Origin: Mayamaea pseudoterrestris
Lineage: Eukaryota
Length of the DNA: 64,000 bases
Assembly (NCBI GenBank): GCA_027923505.1
Contig: BROI01000027.1
Span: forward strand, 186,001-250,000
Reading direction: 5' to 3'
Shown here: positions 1-10,900 of the stretch, one piece after another
Layout of the letters: every line of letters starts with the position of its first letter
Numbering within the stretch: position 1 is the first letter of the stretch
Notes under the pieces: model-generated
Database searches by the model: none
What the model was told of the DNA's origin: nothing
What the model saw: the letters and a program-made list of their open reading frames with translations, nothing else
Made by a program: the position numbers and the translations under genes

Positions 1-131
1 CATTCTCAACCAGATCCGAAAGATCTTTTCCCATACTAGCAAGTTGGTCTTGCACATTGGCGTAGGAAACGCCCAAGCAAAGGACCTTTTTGCGTGGACG
101 AGGCGCCATGGTGGCATTTACTAGTATGCAT
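1..131 (-). CDS. Possible 5' end of a gene running off the left window edge (MHTSKCHHGASSTQKVLCLGVSYANVQDQLASMGKDLSDLVEN...)
   Basis: Open minus-strand frame from ATG at 131 to the window edge; protein-like composition but too short to assign. Confidence 0.35.
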
Positions 132-169
132 CCGACGATTATTTTTACGGCTCGACGACTCATGCAGTA

Positions 170-433
170 AATTACGTCACGAGGCAATAGTACGAAACGA
201 GTGCCAGTGAAAACTACGTCATAAGGCAATACTATGAAACGAAAGCCAGTGAAAACTACGTCATAAGGCAATAGTACGAAACAAGTGCCAGTGTCAATTA
301 CGTCATTAGGCATTAGTACGAAACAAGTGCCAGTGTCAATTACGTCACAAGGCAATAGTGTGAAACAAGTGCCAGTGTCAATTACGTCACAAGGCAATAG
401 TGTGAAACGAGTGCCAGTGTCAATTACGTCACA
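170..433 (+). repeat. 42-bp minisatellite array 1 (about 6.3 units; consensus ~TACGTCACAAGGCAATAGTACGAAACRAGTGCCAGTGWMAAY)
   Basis: TACGTC recurs at 173, 215, 257, 299, 341, 383 and 425, an exact 42-bp period. Confidence 0.97.
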
Positions 434-566
434 ATCTGCATCTTGGAATTCGCTCGAACTGCGCCGGTTCCATCTCATTCGAACGCGATACATTTTCCAT
501 TCCTCTGATCAAACTTCGAGCACAATGTCCGAAACTATTACTACAAACCCTATATCATAATAAAAC

Positions 567-1744
567 ATGGCGACAATCAAGGATGGAACTGGCACAATCA
601 TGTTGGCGGCGTTTGACACGTCGTGCGACTTGAAGAAGCTCGAGGCGGGACGCCCCAAGGTTGGATCTAACGACATTTCGATTGACATTCAGTTTTGCGG
701 CATGTGCCACAGCGATCTTCACGCTTGCAACGGTGACTGGGGTTCGAAAAAGTTTCCGATTGCTCCGGGACATGAGATCGCCGGAATTGTGAAGGATGTT
801 GGTGACAAGGTGAAAGAATTCAAGGTCGGAGACAGGGTCGGCGTTGGCTGCTTGGTGGATAGCTGTCGGAGCTGTGATTTGTGTCAGAAGGGACTCGAAA
901 ATCATTGTCCAGGCGCAGTGCAGACCTACTGCTCGGACTTTCCGGATGGAAAGGGCGCAAACATGGAGAAAGCCGTTGGATATTATACAAACGGAGGCTA
1001 CAGCACTGATATCACCGTCAGCGAGCACTTTGTGTTCCATATTCCAAAAGGTTCGTACGTTGCAGCATCATACGTTCACATGACACAAATCTTATTCTGG
1101 TCATGTATCGTTTGCAGATATGGACATGGAATATGCTGGGATCTTGCTATGTGCGGGGATTACCATGTTTTCGCCACTCAATCGTCACATTTTGGAAAGG
1201 GGAGGCGGTGAAGGGAAGCACATAGGAATCGTGGGTTTTGGCGGACTTGGTCAGATGGGTGTCAAACTTGCCAAAGCCATGGGCTGCGAGGTGACTATCT
1301 TGTCACGGAACCGTAAGAAGGAATCAGCTGCCAAAGCTTTGGGCGCAAACCTTCTCGTTCATGCTGATGAGAAAGCAATCAAGTCTGCTGAAAGGTCATT
1401 TGATCTCATTCTTGACACAGTTTCCGCCAAGCATCCAATCGGGCCACTAGCTTCCATTCTCAAGGTCGGTGGGACAATGATCTTGATTGGTGGCGTCTCA
1501 CAGCCATTCGAGATTTCGGCGCTTCAGCTGGCTTTTGGTCGCCAGGCCATCAGGATCTGCAATCGGAGGCGTTCCCGAAACGCAGCAGATGCTAGACTTT
1601 TGTGCCAAACACAAAATTGTACCGGAATACAAGGTCATTCACGCAAAAGACGCTTCAGCTCACTTTCAGGAGATGTTAGCTGGCGAAGCTGATGCCATGC
1701 GCGCCGTAATCGATATTGCAACTCTCGCAGAGTTAAAGGACTGA
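567..1744 (+). CDS. Zn-dependent alcohol dehydrogenase, cinnamyl-alcohol dehydrogenase (CAD/YahK-like) MDR family; apparent frameshift near 1552
   Basis: CHSD, GHE, structural-Zn CxxCxxC...C and GxGGLG motifs. GT-AG intron 1051-1117 joins IPK-D-MDMEY in frame. The C-terminal GSAIGG..ETQQMLDFCAKH motif is in a different frame after 1552. Confidence 0.9.
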
Positions 1745-1820
1745 AAAGACTGACGCGCTGGAAATTGCATGTAAGCCAATTAGAGAAACAATCATATACG
1801 TAGTCAATAGACAACCATAG

Positions 1821-3338
1821 CTAATACATTGGAGAAAGGAAAAGAGGGCGTTGTAGGTGAAAAGCTTGCTCAAAGTGACTCGTCCAGTTGATCCATTGGC
1901 AACCTTCCTTTTTCGCCGAAGCCTTGTTTACGCCAATCGTCCAGTGTCTTGCCTTACACGTAGAATTCCGACCCGATATTAGCTTGGCCAATAAACCAAA
2001 ATTCCCCATGTTGTAAACCATGCTGGAAGGAGTAGAATTGGGAAGCTGTTAAGACTGGCTAGCACCTTTGTAGCCATTGTAACAGTAATTAACTTACCAA
2101 TCACCAAAAGACATAATATAAAGGTCGATAAATACTGGATAAAGCTCACTGAATGCCAGGTCTTTGACGCGATCGACATGCACAGGGTCCTGGCCATCTA
2201 AATGAGCAACGACGCGTACGTTGCGCCGCTTGCCATACTCAACGGCAACTTCTTTCGCATAGTAAGAGTCTGAGGAAACAAAATACGGACCCGCATTCAG
2301 CTCGGAGACACAGTTTAGCGCGTTCTCGGCCCATTTCTTGATGGATTCGTTTCCCGGGTCAAACTCGTACAGCGCTCGAATATGCGCAAAAGCAAATTTA
2401 CCAGGAACAAGAGCAGACCGCTCCATTTCGTCTTCAACAGTCTTGGCAATTGTTGGAGCAGGAGTAAAGAAGGTATACCAGATGTCATGAAAGTGCTCGC
2501 GCCATGCATGCGGAGACTCTCCCATCGCCATGGCCCACTCATTGTATACTTCGCTTCCATGCGTGTGCGACTGTATGCGGATGCGCGTAATAACCTCCTC
2601 TTGATTCTCTAACTGATGTAGAAAAACAGTTACGGTTCGAATGACTTCTTCCTGTGGAATCGCTGCAATGTGTTCATGCATATCCTCTGGCAATCGCCAA
2701 TTAATGCCTCCCTGTGGTGGCAGTAAAAAAGCTTCCAACGGACCGGGAACGTCCCAATGAATAAAGAGCATATGCTTCGATTTAGCGGCAGCACGGAGCA
2801 CAAATGGGAGTGGCTGCAGTCGATCCGCTGTGCCTCCACACTTGGCGTCGGAGTGAAAGCAGCCCATGACTATATAGCGCATGTTTGACCAATTGTCTTG
2901 TGTCAATGTCTTTCGTTGCTGGCAATGCCATGCAAAGTAGTCCTTGGCCCATTGTGGAAGAATTGTTGATTGCTCCCAAATCGCTTCATTTGACGGTCGG
3001 AGTGGAATTGGATACAACTGATTGCCAATCAATGTGACATCCCTTTCGGCTGGTGGAAGCTTTCGCCCCAAGGGAGCAGTGGCACTAGATTTGGCCTCGA
3101 AACTTGTGTGGTGCGTTTGATTATAAATGTCTATTAATGCAAGTGGTTTGCCATTCCGTTGAAAAGTTGCAGGCGAGTACTCGAGGTACCCTCGTTGAAT
3201 CGCAAGGTAGACGTCGTCGCGCAAGTTGAGACGCTTCTGCATAAACAAAAGCATCAAAGAGTAAAGAAACACCACTAATATAGGAATGCATCGTAAACTC
3301 GTCAGCCTACGTCGCATGCTCCTGCACTTGCTGCGCAT
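1821..3338 (-). CDS. Type II membrane protein, putative glycosyltransferase-like (fucosyltransferase-type) protein
   Basis: N-terminal TM helix, CGGTADRL, HIR and FVSSDS segments. Intron 2023-2097 (GTAAGT...CAG) joins FGD-C-MVYNMG in frame. The family assignment is tentative. Confidence 0.7.
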
Positions 3339-3634
3339 AAGGACGCCTTGCGGGACCACAGAACATCGTCGTCATCTGCAAAATTGCGTTCATCGCGTCA
3401 AAGAAAAGGTCTTAGCGGTTTCAAGTTTCTTTTTTCAATCGTGCGAACTTCTACGCCCAATGAAAAATCTCAGTTGGAAGAACAAGCATCGCTTCGCTTC
3501 ACTCATCGGACAATCACATCCATCATCCATCAAGCGTGGGACAAAAGACCGACCCGAATTGAAAGCCAAACAATAAGCGAGTACTTGCCTACATGAAAGT
3601 AACAGCAAGCAGAGAGCAGACTTATATATGAATC

Positions 3635-4360
3635 ATGCCTGTCCTTAGTGTTCCAGAAACTCCAAGCAATTTTGAAGCGAGTCCATTCAAAAAGGCTGCA
3701 CCCTTCGTCATATCCATGAACGCGTCGGACTTGCCACTTGCATCACCATTGCTAACTCATGCAGAGTCTCTTGAGATGGACACATTTGGTCAGCCCATGA
3801 GCGTGATCAAAGAAGTCACTGCCAGTCCTCGTCCTAAACTACGCGCCTATCAGGAGCACATGGAAAGCATGTCGCCACGAAAAGAAAGCAAGCCTCATGT
3901 CCCCATTGACACACAAGCAATAATTGCCAAGTATCACGAGGAGCACGACTTGCAGAATGTGGTGAACATTCCTGTCGGTTTATTGGGCGGCGGTTCGTCA
4001 AACAAGAAGAAAATTCACCATCGTCATCGCCAGCAGTACCCCGACAGCAGCGACGACGAATTTGACTGGACGGAAAGCAACTATGAAGATCCACTCGACC
4101 ATGATGCTAGCGCCAATGGCTACGAGAACTTTGGGCAACCAATTATGGAGGTGCTGCCGACAGCGTCTCCAAAGCGCAAGATGCAAGTCTATCTCAAGGA
4201 CCACGGGGCGACGCATGCATCGCAGGACATCAATCCAATTGGCAATGGCGAACAGCAAGCTACGCCGCCAAGTGTGATGGATCTGGATGCTAGCGAGAAC
4301 AGGGACGCCGAAGACGTGTCGGAAGCCGATATGGAGGAGCTCATGATGCAGGGTGGATAG
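3635..4360 (+). CDS. Hypothetical protein, 241 aa, largely disordered and acidic
   Basis: Intact ATG-initiated ORF; no recognisable domain. Confidence 0.65.
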   Translation: MPVLSVPETPSNFEASPFKKAAPFVISMNASDLPLASPLLTHAESLEMDTFGQPMSVIKEVTASPRPKLRAYQEHMESMSPRKESKPHVPIDTQAIIAKYHEEHDLQNVVNIPVGLLGGGSSNKKKIHHRHRQQYPDSSDDEFDWTESNYEDPLDHDASANGYENFGQPIMEVLPTASPKRKMQVYLKDHGATHASQDINPIGNGEQQATPPSVMDLDASENRDAEDVSEADMEELMMQGG

Positions 4361-4634
4361 TGGTTATAACTCAAGTGCATTCGTGCGTCGAGGGACAGTT
4401 TCGCATTAAAATAAGCTATAAACTCATTACGTACAAGCTTGTCTTTTTTGATATCCTGCATACCGGTATTAATACATCATGATGTTGTCTCTTCGGTCGA
4501 TGATGTACTGGCAAACGCGCGGTAGCTGAAGTCAATACGTCACACCGGTATACCGTCACTACGACACGGATGTTCCGGCGGCGCGACCACAACCTGCACC
4601 TTCTACCATTTACTTTAATTCTATCTCTTCCATC

Positions 4635-5911
4635 ATGTTGTCTCTATCGTCGGATCACATGCCGACTAGCGGCAGCTCTCGCAGCACTAGCATCAATTTT
4701 GATGATCCCGCGATTCGCTCGCTGCCCCGCATTCTTCTCATGGGCCCTCGGCGCTCCGGCAAAACTTCCATCCAGCGAGTCGTCTTTCAAAAGATGAGTC
4801 CCCATGAAACCCTCTTTCGATTGGAGCCGACGCAGCAAACGACGCAATCGTTAATTGATCATACTCCCCTCTGTCGGTTCACGCTTGTGGACTTTCCAGG
4901 CGATGACTACGCCGACAACGACGAGGCAAGCAACGCTGAAAATATAAGTGAAGACGAGACGCCAATTGATTCGGATCGCTCCATCTTCTCGGGAAGTACG
5001 GCGCTGGTCTTTGTCGTGGACGCCCAGGACGAGCCATACGATCATGTACTGCCGGCCATTACGAGCGCCGTCACTCGGGCCGTTCGTGTCCATCCGAACA
5101 TTCACATTGAAATCTTTTTGCACAAGGTTGATGGCGAGCTGTTTCTAAGCGACGATGCCAAGTATGACTGCCGGCGCGACGTCATGACGCAAGTTTCGGA
5201 TGAGTTGCTGGAAGCTGGTGTCAGTTTAGATGGGATCCACATTCGCTACCATTTGACTAGCATTTACGATCACTCCATTTACGAGGCGCTTTCGCGCGTC
5301 GTGCAACGATTAATGGCGCCACTTCCGACGCTTGAAAACTTGCTCAACGTACTCGTTAGTACATGCTGCATGGAGAAGGCATTTTTGTTTGACGTGGTGA
5401 GCAAATTGTACATTTCCACTGACTCTGGACCAGTCGATATGCAGAGCGTTGAACTGTGCAGCGACATGATCGATGTTGTTTTGGATGTTTCTGGTATTTA
5501 CGGACTCGGCGGGAGGGACCAGCGGCAGCAATCACAGGATGGAGGAGATGAAGGAGTCAATGTAGACAGTGCCTATGATACATCGAGCGCAAGTGTCATA
5601 CGCTTGAGCAACGGCATGGTGCGTGTGGGAGAGTTTGCGTTTAATCTACATGTATCGCTTACTACTTTGCAACTGACAACCAGATGCTTACGTATCTTTA
5701 TCTTGCTTACTAATCGCAGGTGCTTTATTTGAAAGAGGTTGATACAATGCTTGCGCTTGTCTGCATTACGCGGTCGGAGAATTTTGCTAAAAAGAGTCTC
5801 ATCAACTACAACATTAGTTGCCTAAAGAAGGCCTTGAGGGCGCTCGCGCAACCTGCATCACCAGCGGCGTATGAGACTAATGGACCATTGAGTGCTAAAT
5901 CTCCCAAATAG
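4635..5911 (+). CDS. RRAGC: Rag GTPase C/D (Gtr2 family), TORC1 amino-acid signalling
   Basis: RILLMGPRRSGKTSIQRVVFQKMSPHETLF, DFPG, HKVDG and TSIYDHSIYEALSRVVQ. Intron 5619-5719 joins NGM-VLYLKEV in frame. Confidence 0.95.
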
Positions 5912-6112
5912 ATACACGTGATTAGAAAAGTTTTGGCAGTGCTTTGGCACAGCATCATTTTAGGCTCAAGCACGCTCTTCATCTCCACAATTTACTGTTA
6001 CAAATATTAGTTGATTGGTACAAGTAGGACAAGGGGACCTCACGGTCTGTGGCACTGCCCCGGCGCTTGCGCGTGGAAAGATGTGTTCCCTGTGCGACTG
6101 TATATCACCACA

Positions 6113-6560
6113 ATTTGCAGTGTAGTGCTTGACTGTAGCTCTGCCTTTGGTAGTGCAGGGCCTTTCTCGATAGAATGTGGTTGGTGGTTTCTTGATAATG
6201 TACCTGAGATCTTGATGTAAAGCTACTGCTTGTAGAGTACCGATAGGGCCCAACTGTATCTCTGCCATTCTAAGTGTAGGGCTTGTTTCCATAGTCTTAT
6301 TGGTAGCTGGATGGTAGCTCCTTAGACTCCTGAGACCTCTTTCAATGCTGCTTGTGGTGTGGGGCCTGACTGTTACACTGCAGTTTTTAGTGTGGAGCCT
6401 GACGGTAGCTCTGCCTTTTGCAGTGTATGGCCTTTCACAATAAAATCTGGCTCAATTAGCTGCTAAGATAACCAGGGCCTCATGTGTACCTCTGCTGCAT
6501 GTAATGCACTGGTGGGTTTTGATGGTAGCTCTGCTATTGTAGTGTAGGGCCTGTCGATAA
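6113..6560. repeat. Degenerate CpG-poor repeat remnant flanking the satellite domain
   Basis: Imperfect motif GA(C/T)(G/T)GTAGCTCTGC...AGTG(C/T)A.GGCCT recurs near 6130, 6400 and 6520, with a partial copy near 6260. Confidence 0.5.
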
Positions 6561-6679
6561 TATTATTAATAGTACATGGTTGTTAGCCACATACAATATT
6601 ATGGTACTATACAGTTTTGTGTGGTGGCTTCAGTTGTTTTATGCATCAATGTGACATTTGGCATTCCAAAGAGTTATAC

Positions 6680-6770
6680 ACCAATCATACTGCAGTCTAC
6701 TGAGACACCAGGAGGCACTTTATCTGTAGCGCAGGCTGAATAATGATGTTGGCACCATTCTTGTGTGATT
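6680..6770 (+). repeat. Orphan partial copy of the 169-bp satellite monomer (old edge variant)
   Basis: CCAATCATACTGCAGTCTACTGAGACACCAG...TGTAGCGCAGGCTGAATAATGATGTTGGCACCATTCTTGTGTGATT matches the array monomer. Confidence 0.85.
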
Positions 6771-7756
6771 CATGCACCAATCACACTGCATACGTGTCCC
6801 CAACGATAGCCAGAAAAGAAATCACGGAACAAGACAAGTGGGGGTAGTCGTTGAAGGCCACACACTGTAGCACCATGGAGCTGGTACTGTGTGGATGTTT
6901 GCCCTCCCAAACAACTGATGCTACACGTGAGCTGGAAATGATTATTATGCACCAATGTCACCGCATATGTGACCTTAAGAATAGCCAGAACAGAATTCAT
7001 GGAACAAGACAAGTGGGGGTAGTTGTTAAAGGCCACACACTGTAGCACCGTGTAGCTAATTACTGTGTGGATCTTTGCCCTCCCCAACAACTGATGCTAC
7101 ACGTGAACCAGAAATGATTGTTATGCACCAATCTTGCCAAATATTTGTCCTCAAGGATAGCCAGAACAGAATTCATGGAACCAGACCATGGGGGGTAGAA
7201 GGCCACACATGTAGCACCATGGAGCTGGTTACTGTGTGGATGTTTGCCCTTCTAAACAACTGATGCTACACGTGAGCTGGGAGTGATTGTTATGCACCAA
7301 TCTTGCCACATATATGTCCCCAAGCATAGCCAGAACAGAACTCACGGAACAAGACTATGTGGGGCAGTCTTTGACAGCCGCACACTGTAGCACCATGGAG
7401 CGGGTTACTGTGTGGATGTTTGCCCTTCCAAACAACTGAAGCTACACATGAGTTGGGAATGATTGATATGCACCAATCTCGCCGCAAATATGTCCCCAAG
7501 CGTAGCCAGAACAGAATTCATGGAACAAGACTATTGGGGGTAGTCATTGAAGGCCACTCATGAAGCACCGTGTAGCTGGTTACTGTGTGGATCTTTGCCC
7601 TCCCCAACAACTGATGCTACACATGAGCTGGGAGTGATTGTTATGCAACAATCTCACCGCATATGTGTCTCCAAAGATAGCTAGAACAGAATTCATGGAA
7701 CAAGACTATTGGGGGTAGTCGTTGAAGGCCACACATGTAGCACCGTGTAGCTGGTT
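6771..7756 (+). repeat. Second satellite, ~175-bp unit, about 5.6 diverged copies
   Basis: ATGCA(C/A)CAAT anchors at 6772, 6947, 7123, 7292, 7468 and 7643 (spacing 169-176). Shared blocks ATAGCCAGAACAGAATTCATGGAACAAGAC and AACAACTGATGCTACAC. Confidence 0.92.
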
Positions 7757-7862
7757 GCAGGAGGATATATCTGGACAAGTCTAACAACATTACTTGGAAT
7801 ACTGCAGCTGCGACCCAGATGATGTCATGGTTGTGGTGCATACAATGGCCCAAATTACAAAT

Positions 7863-7952
7863 GTGTTAGCTATCCGAAACACATTGCTATACTATAGGAG
7901 TATGCTCTCAGAGAGCCATCAATCACCACTCAATTACTGCAATCTCTAGCCT
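7863..7952 (+). repeat. Dispersed ~90-bp repeat, copy A, abutting the left edge of the 169-bp array
   Basis: Aligns by eye at roughly 80-85% identity to 39653-39744. Confidence 0.8.
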
Positions 7953-10900
7953 GCTGAGACTCGTTACAACTTGTCACCAATTACATTGCAGTCTACTAAG
8001 ACACCAGTCAGGCATACCATCTTGTAGCGCAGACGGATTAATGATGTTGGCACCATTCTGGTGTGATTTGGGTGTCTACATGGCATGTAATATGGGCAGT
8101 TGAATGTCACGGCATCTGCGGGCTGAGACTGGTGACAAGTTGTCACCAAATACATTGCCATCCCCTGAGACACCAGCCAAGCTTACCATCTTGTAGCGCA
8201 GCCTGAATAATGATGTTGGCACCATTCTGGTGTATTTTGGGCACCTACAGGGTTTGCTGTAGGGGCGTTTGAATGTCACGGCATCTGCAGGCTGAGACTG
8301 GTGACACGATGTCACCAAATACATTTTCATCCCCTGAGACACCAGCCAAGAATACCATCTTGTAGCGCAGCCTGAATTATGATGTTGGCACCATTCTGGT
8401 GTATTTTGGGCACCTACAGGGTTTGCTGTAGGGGCGTTTGAATGTCACGGCATCTGCGGGCTGAGACTGGTGACAAGTTGTCGCCAAATACATTGCCATC
8501 CCCTGAGACACCAGCCAAGGATACCATCTTGTAGCGCAGCCTGCAAATTGATGTTGGCACCATTCTGTTGCAATTTGGGCACCTACCGGGTTTGCTGTAG
8601 GTGCGTTTGAATGTCACGGCAACTGCGGGCTGAGACTGGTGACACGTTGTCACCAAATACATTTTCATCCCCTGAGACACCAGCCAAGTATTACAATCTT
8701 GTAGCGCAGCCTGAACAATGATGTTGGCACCATTCTGGTGCAATTTGGGCACCTACAGGGTTTGCCGTAGGGGCGTTTGAATGTCACGGCATCTGCGGGC
8801 TGAGACTGGTGACAAGTTGTCACCAAATACATTGCCATCCCCTGAGACACCAGGCGGGCTGAGACTGGTGACAAGTTGTCACCAAATACATTGCCATCCC
8901 CTGAGACACCAGCCAAGCCTACCATCTTGTAGCGCAGCCTGAACAATGATGTTGGCACCATTCTGGTGCAATTTGGGCACCTACAGCGCTTGCTGTAGGG
9001 GGGTTTGAATGTCACGTCATCTGCAGGCTGAGACTGGTGACAAGTTGTCACCAAATACATTTCCATCCCCTGAGACACCAGCCAAGAATACCATCTTGTT
9101 GCGCAGCCTCAACAATGATGTTGGCACCATTCTGGTGTAATTTGGGCACCTACCGGGCTTGCTGTAGGGGCGTTTGAATGTCACGGCATCTGCGGGCTGA
9201 GACTGGTGACACGTTGTCACCAAATACATTTTCATCCCCTGAGACACCAGCCAAGTAATACAATCTTGTAGTGCAGCCTGAACAATGATGCTGTGCCTGA
9301 GCAATGTGTTGCACCATTTGGTGTAATTTGGGCACCTACAGGGTTTGCTGTAGGGGCGTTTGAATGTCACGGCATCTGCGGGCTGAGACTGGTGACAAGT
9401 TGTCACCAAATACATTGCCATCCCCTGAGACACCAGCCAAGAATACCATCTTGTAGCGCAGCCTGAACAATGATGTTGGCACCATTCTGGTGTATTTTGG
9501 GCACCTACAGGGCTTGCTGTAGGGGCGTTTGAATGTCACGGCATCTGCGGGCTGAGACTGGTGACAAGTTGTCACCAAATACATTGCCATCCCCTGAGAC
9601 ACCAGCCAAGCCTGCCATCTTGTAGCGCAGCCTGAACAATGATGTTGGCACCATTCTGGTGCAATTTGGGCACCTACAGGGCTTGCTGTAGGGGGGTTTG
9701 AATGTCACGGCATCTGCGGGCTGAGACTGGTGACACGTTGTCACCAAATACATTGCCATCCCCTGAGACACCAGCCAAGAATACCATCTTGTAGCGCAGC
9801 CTGAACAATGATGTTGGCACCATTCTGGTGTATTTTGGGCACCTACAGGGTTTGCTGTAGGGGCGTTTGAATGTCACGGCATCTGCGGGCTGAGACTGGT
9901 GACAAGTTGTCACCAAATACATTGCCATCCCCTGAGACACCAGCCAAGGATACCATCTTGTAGCACAGCCTGAATAATGATGTTGGCACCATTCTGTTGC
10001 AATTTGGGCACCTACAGGGCCTGCTGTAGGGGGTTTGAATGTCACGGCATCTGCGGGCTGAGACTGGTGACAAGTTGTCACCAAATACATTGCCATCCCC
10101 TGAGACACAAGCCAAGAATACAATCTTGTAGCGCAGCCTGAACAATGATGTTGACACCATTCTGGTGTATTTTGGGCACCTACAGGGTTTGCTGTAGGGG
10201 CGTTTGAATGTCACGGCATCTGCGGGCTGAGACTGGTGACAAGTTGTCACCAAATACATTGCCATCCCCTGAGACACCAGCCAAGGATACCATCTTGTAG
10301 CGCAGCCTGAATAATGATGTTGGCACCATTCTAGTGTATTTTGGGCACCTACAGGGTTTGCTGTAGGGGCGTTTGAATGTCGCCGCATCTGCGGGCTGAG
10401 ACTGGTGACACGTTGTCATCAAATACATTGCCATCCCCTGAGACACCAGCCAAGCCTACCATCTTGTAGCGCAGCCTGAACAATGATGTTGACACCATTC
10501 TGGTGCAATTTGGGCACCTACAGGGTTTGCTGTAGGGGCGTTTGAATGTCACGGCATCTGCAGGCTGAGACTGGTGACAAGTTGTCACCAAATACATTGC
10601 CATCCCCTGAGACACCAGCCAAGCCTACCATCTTGTAGCGCAGCCTCAACAATGATGTTGGCACCATTCTGGTGTATTTTGGGCACCTACAGGGTTTGCT
10701 GTAGGGGCGTTTGAATGTCACGGCATCTGCGGGCTGAGACTGGTGACACGTTGTCACCAAATACATTTTCATCCCCTGAGACACCAGCCAAGTAATACAA
10801 TCTTGTAGTGCAGCCTGAACAATGATGTTGACACCATTCTGGTGTATTTTGGGCACCTACAGGGTTTGCTGTAGGGGCGTTTGAATGTCACGGCATCTGC

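Noticed and set aside
170..433. 42-bp arrays as mini-CRISPRs, or as coding repeats (ORFs 285-560 and 27005-27280)
   Set aside because: Units are contiguous with no spacers. Arrays 2 and 3 include 41- and 43-bp units that break frame, and the ORFs lack ATG starts in the repeat.
525..560. Short upstream ORF (MSETITTNPIS*) just before the ADH start
   Set aside because: Could be a uORF, but the transcription start is unknown and such short ORFs arise by chance.
5966..7853. Short ORFs in the left satellite flank
   Set aside because: They lie in degenerate, CpG-depleted repeats and show no transposase, RT or other recognisable domain.
8795..8912. 59-bp partial monomer duplication, and a ~17-bp irregular insertion near 9290
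   Set aside because: Real but ordinary slippage or sequencing irregularities inside a satellite; no separate significance.
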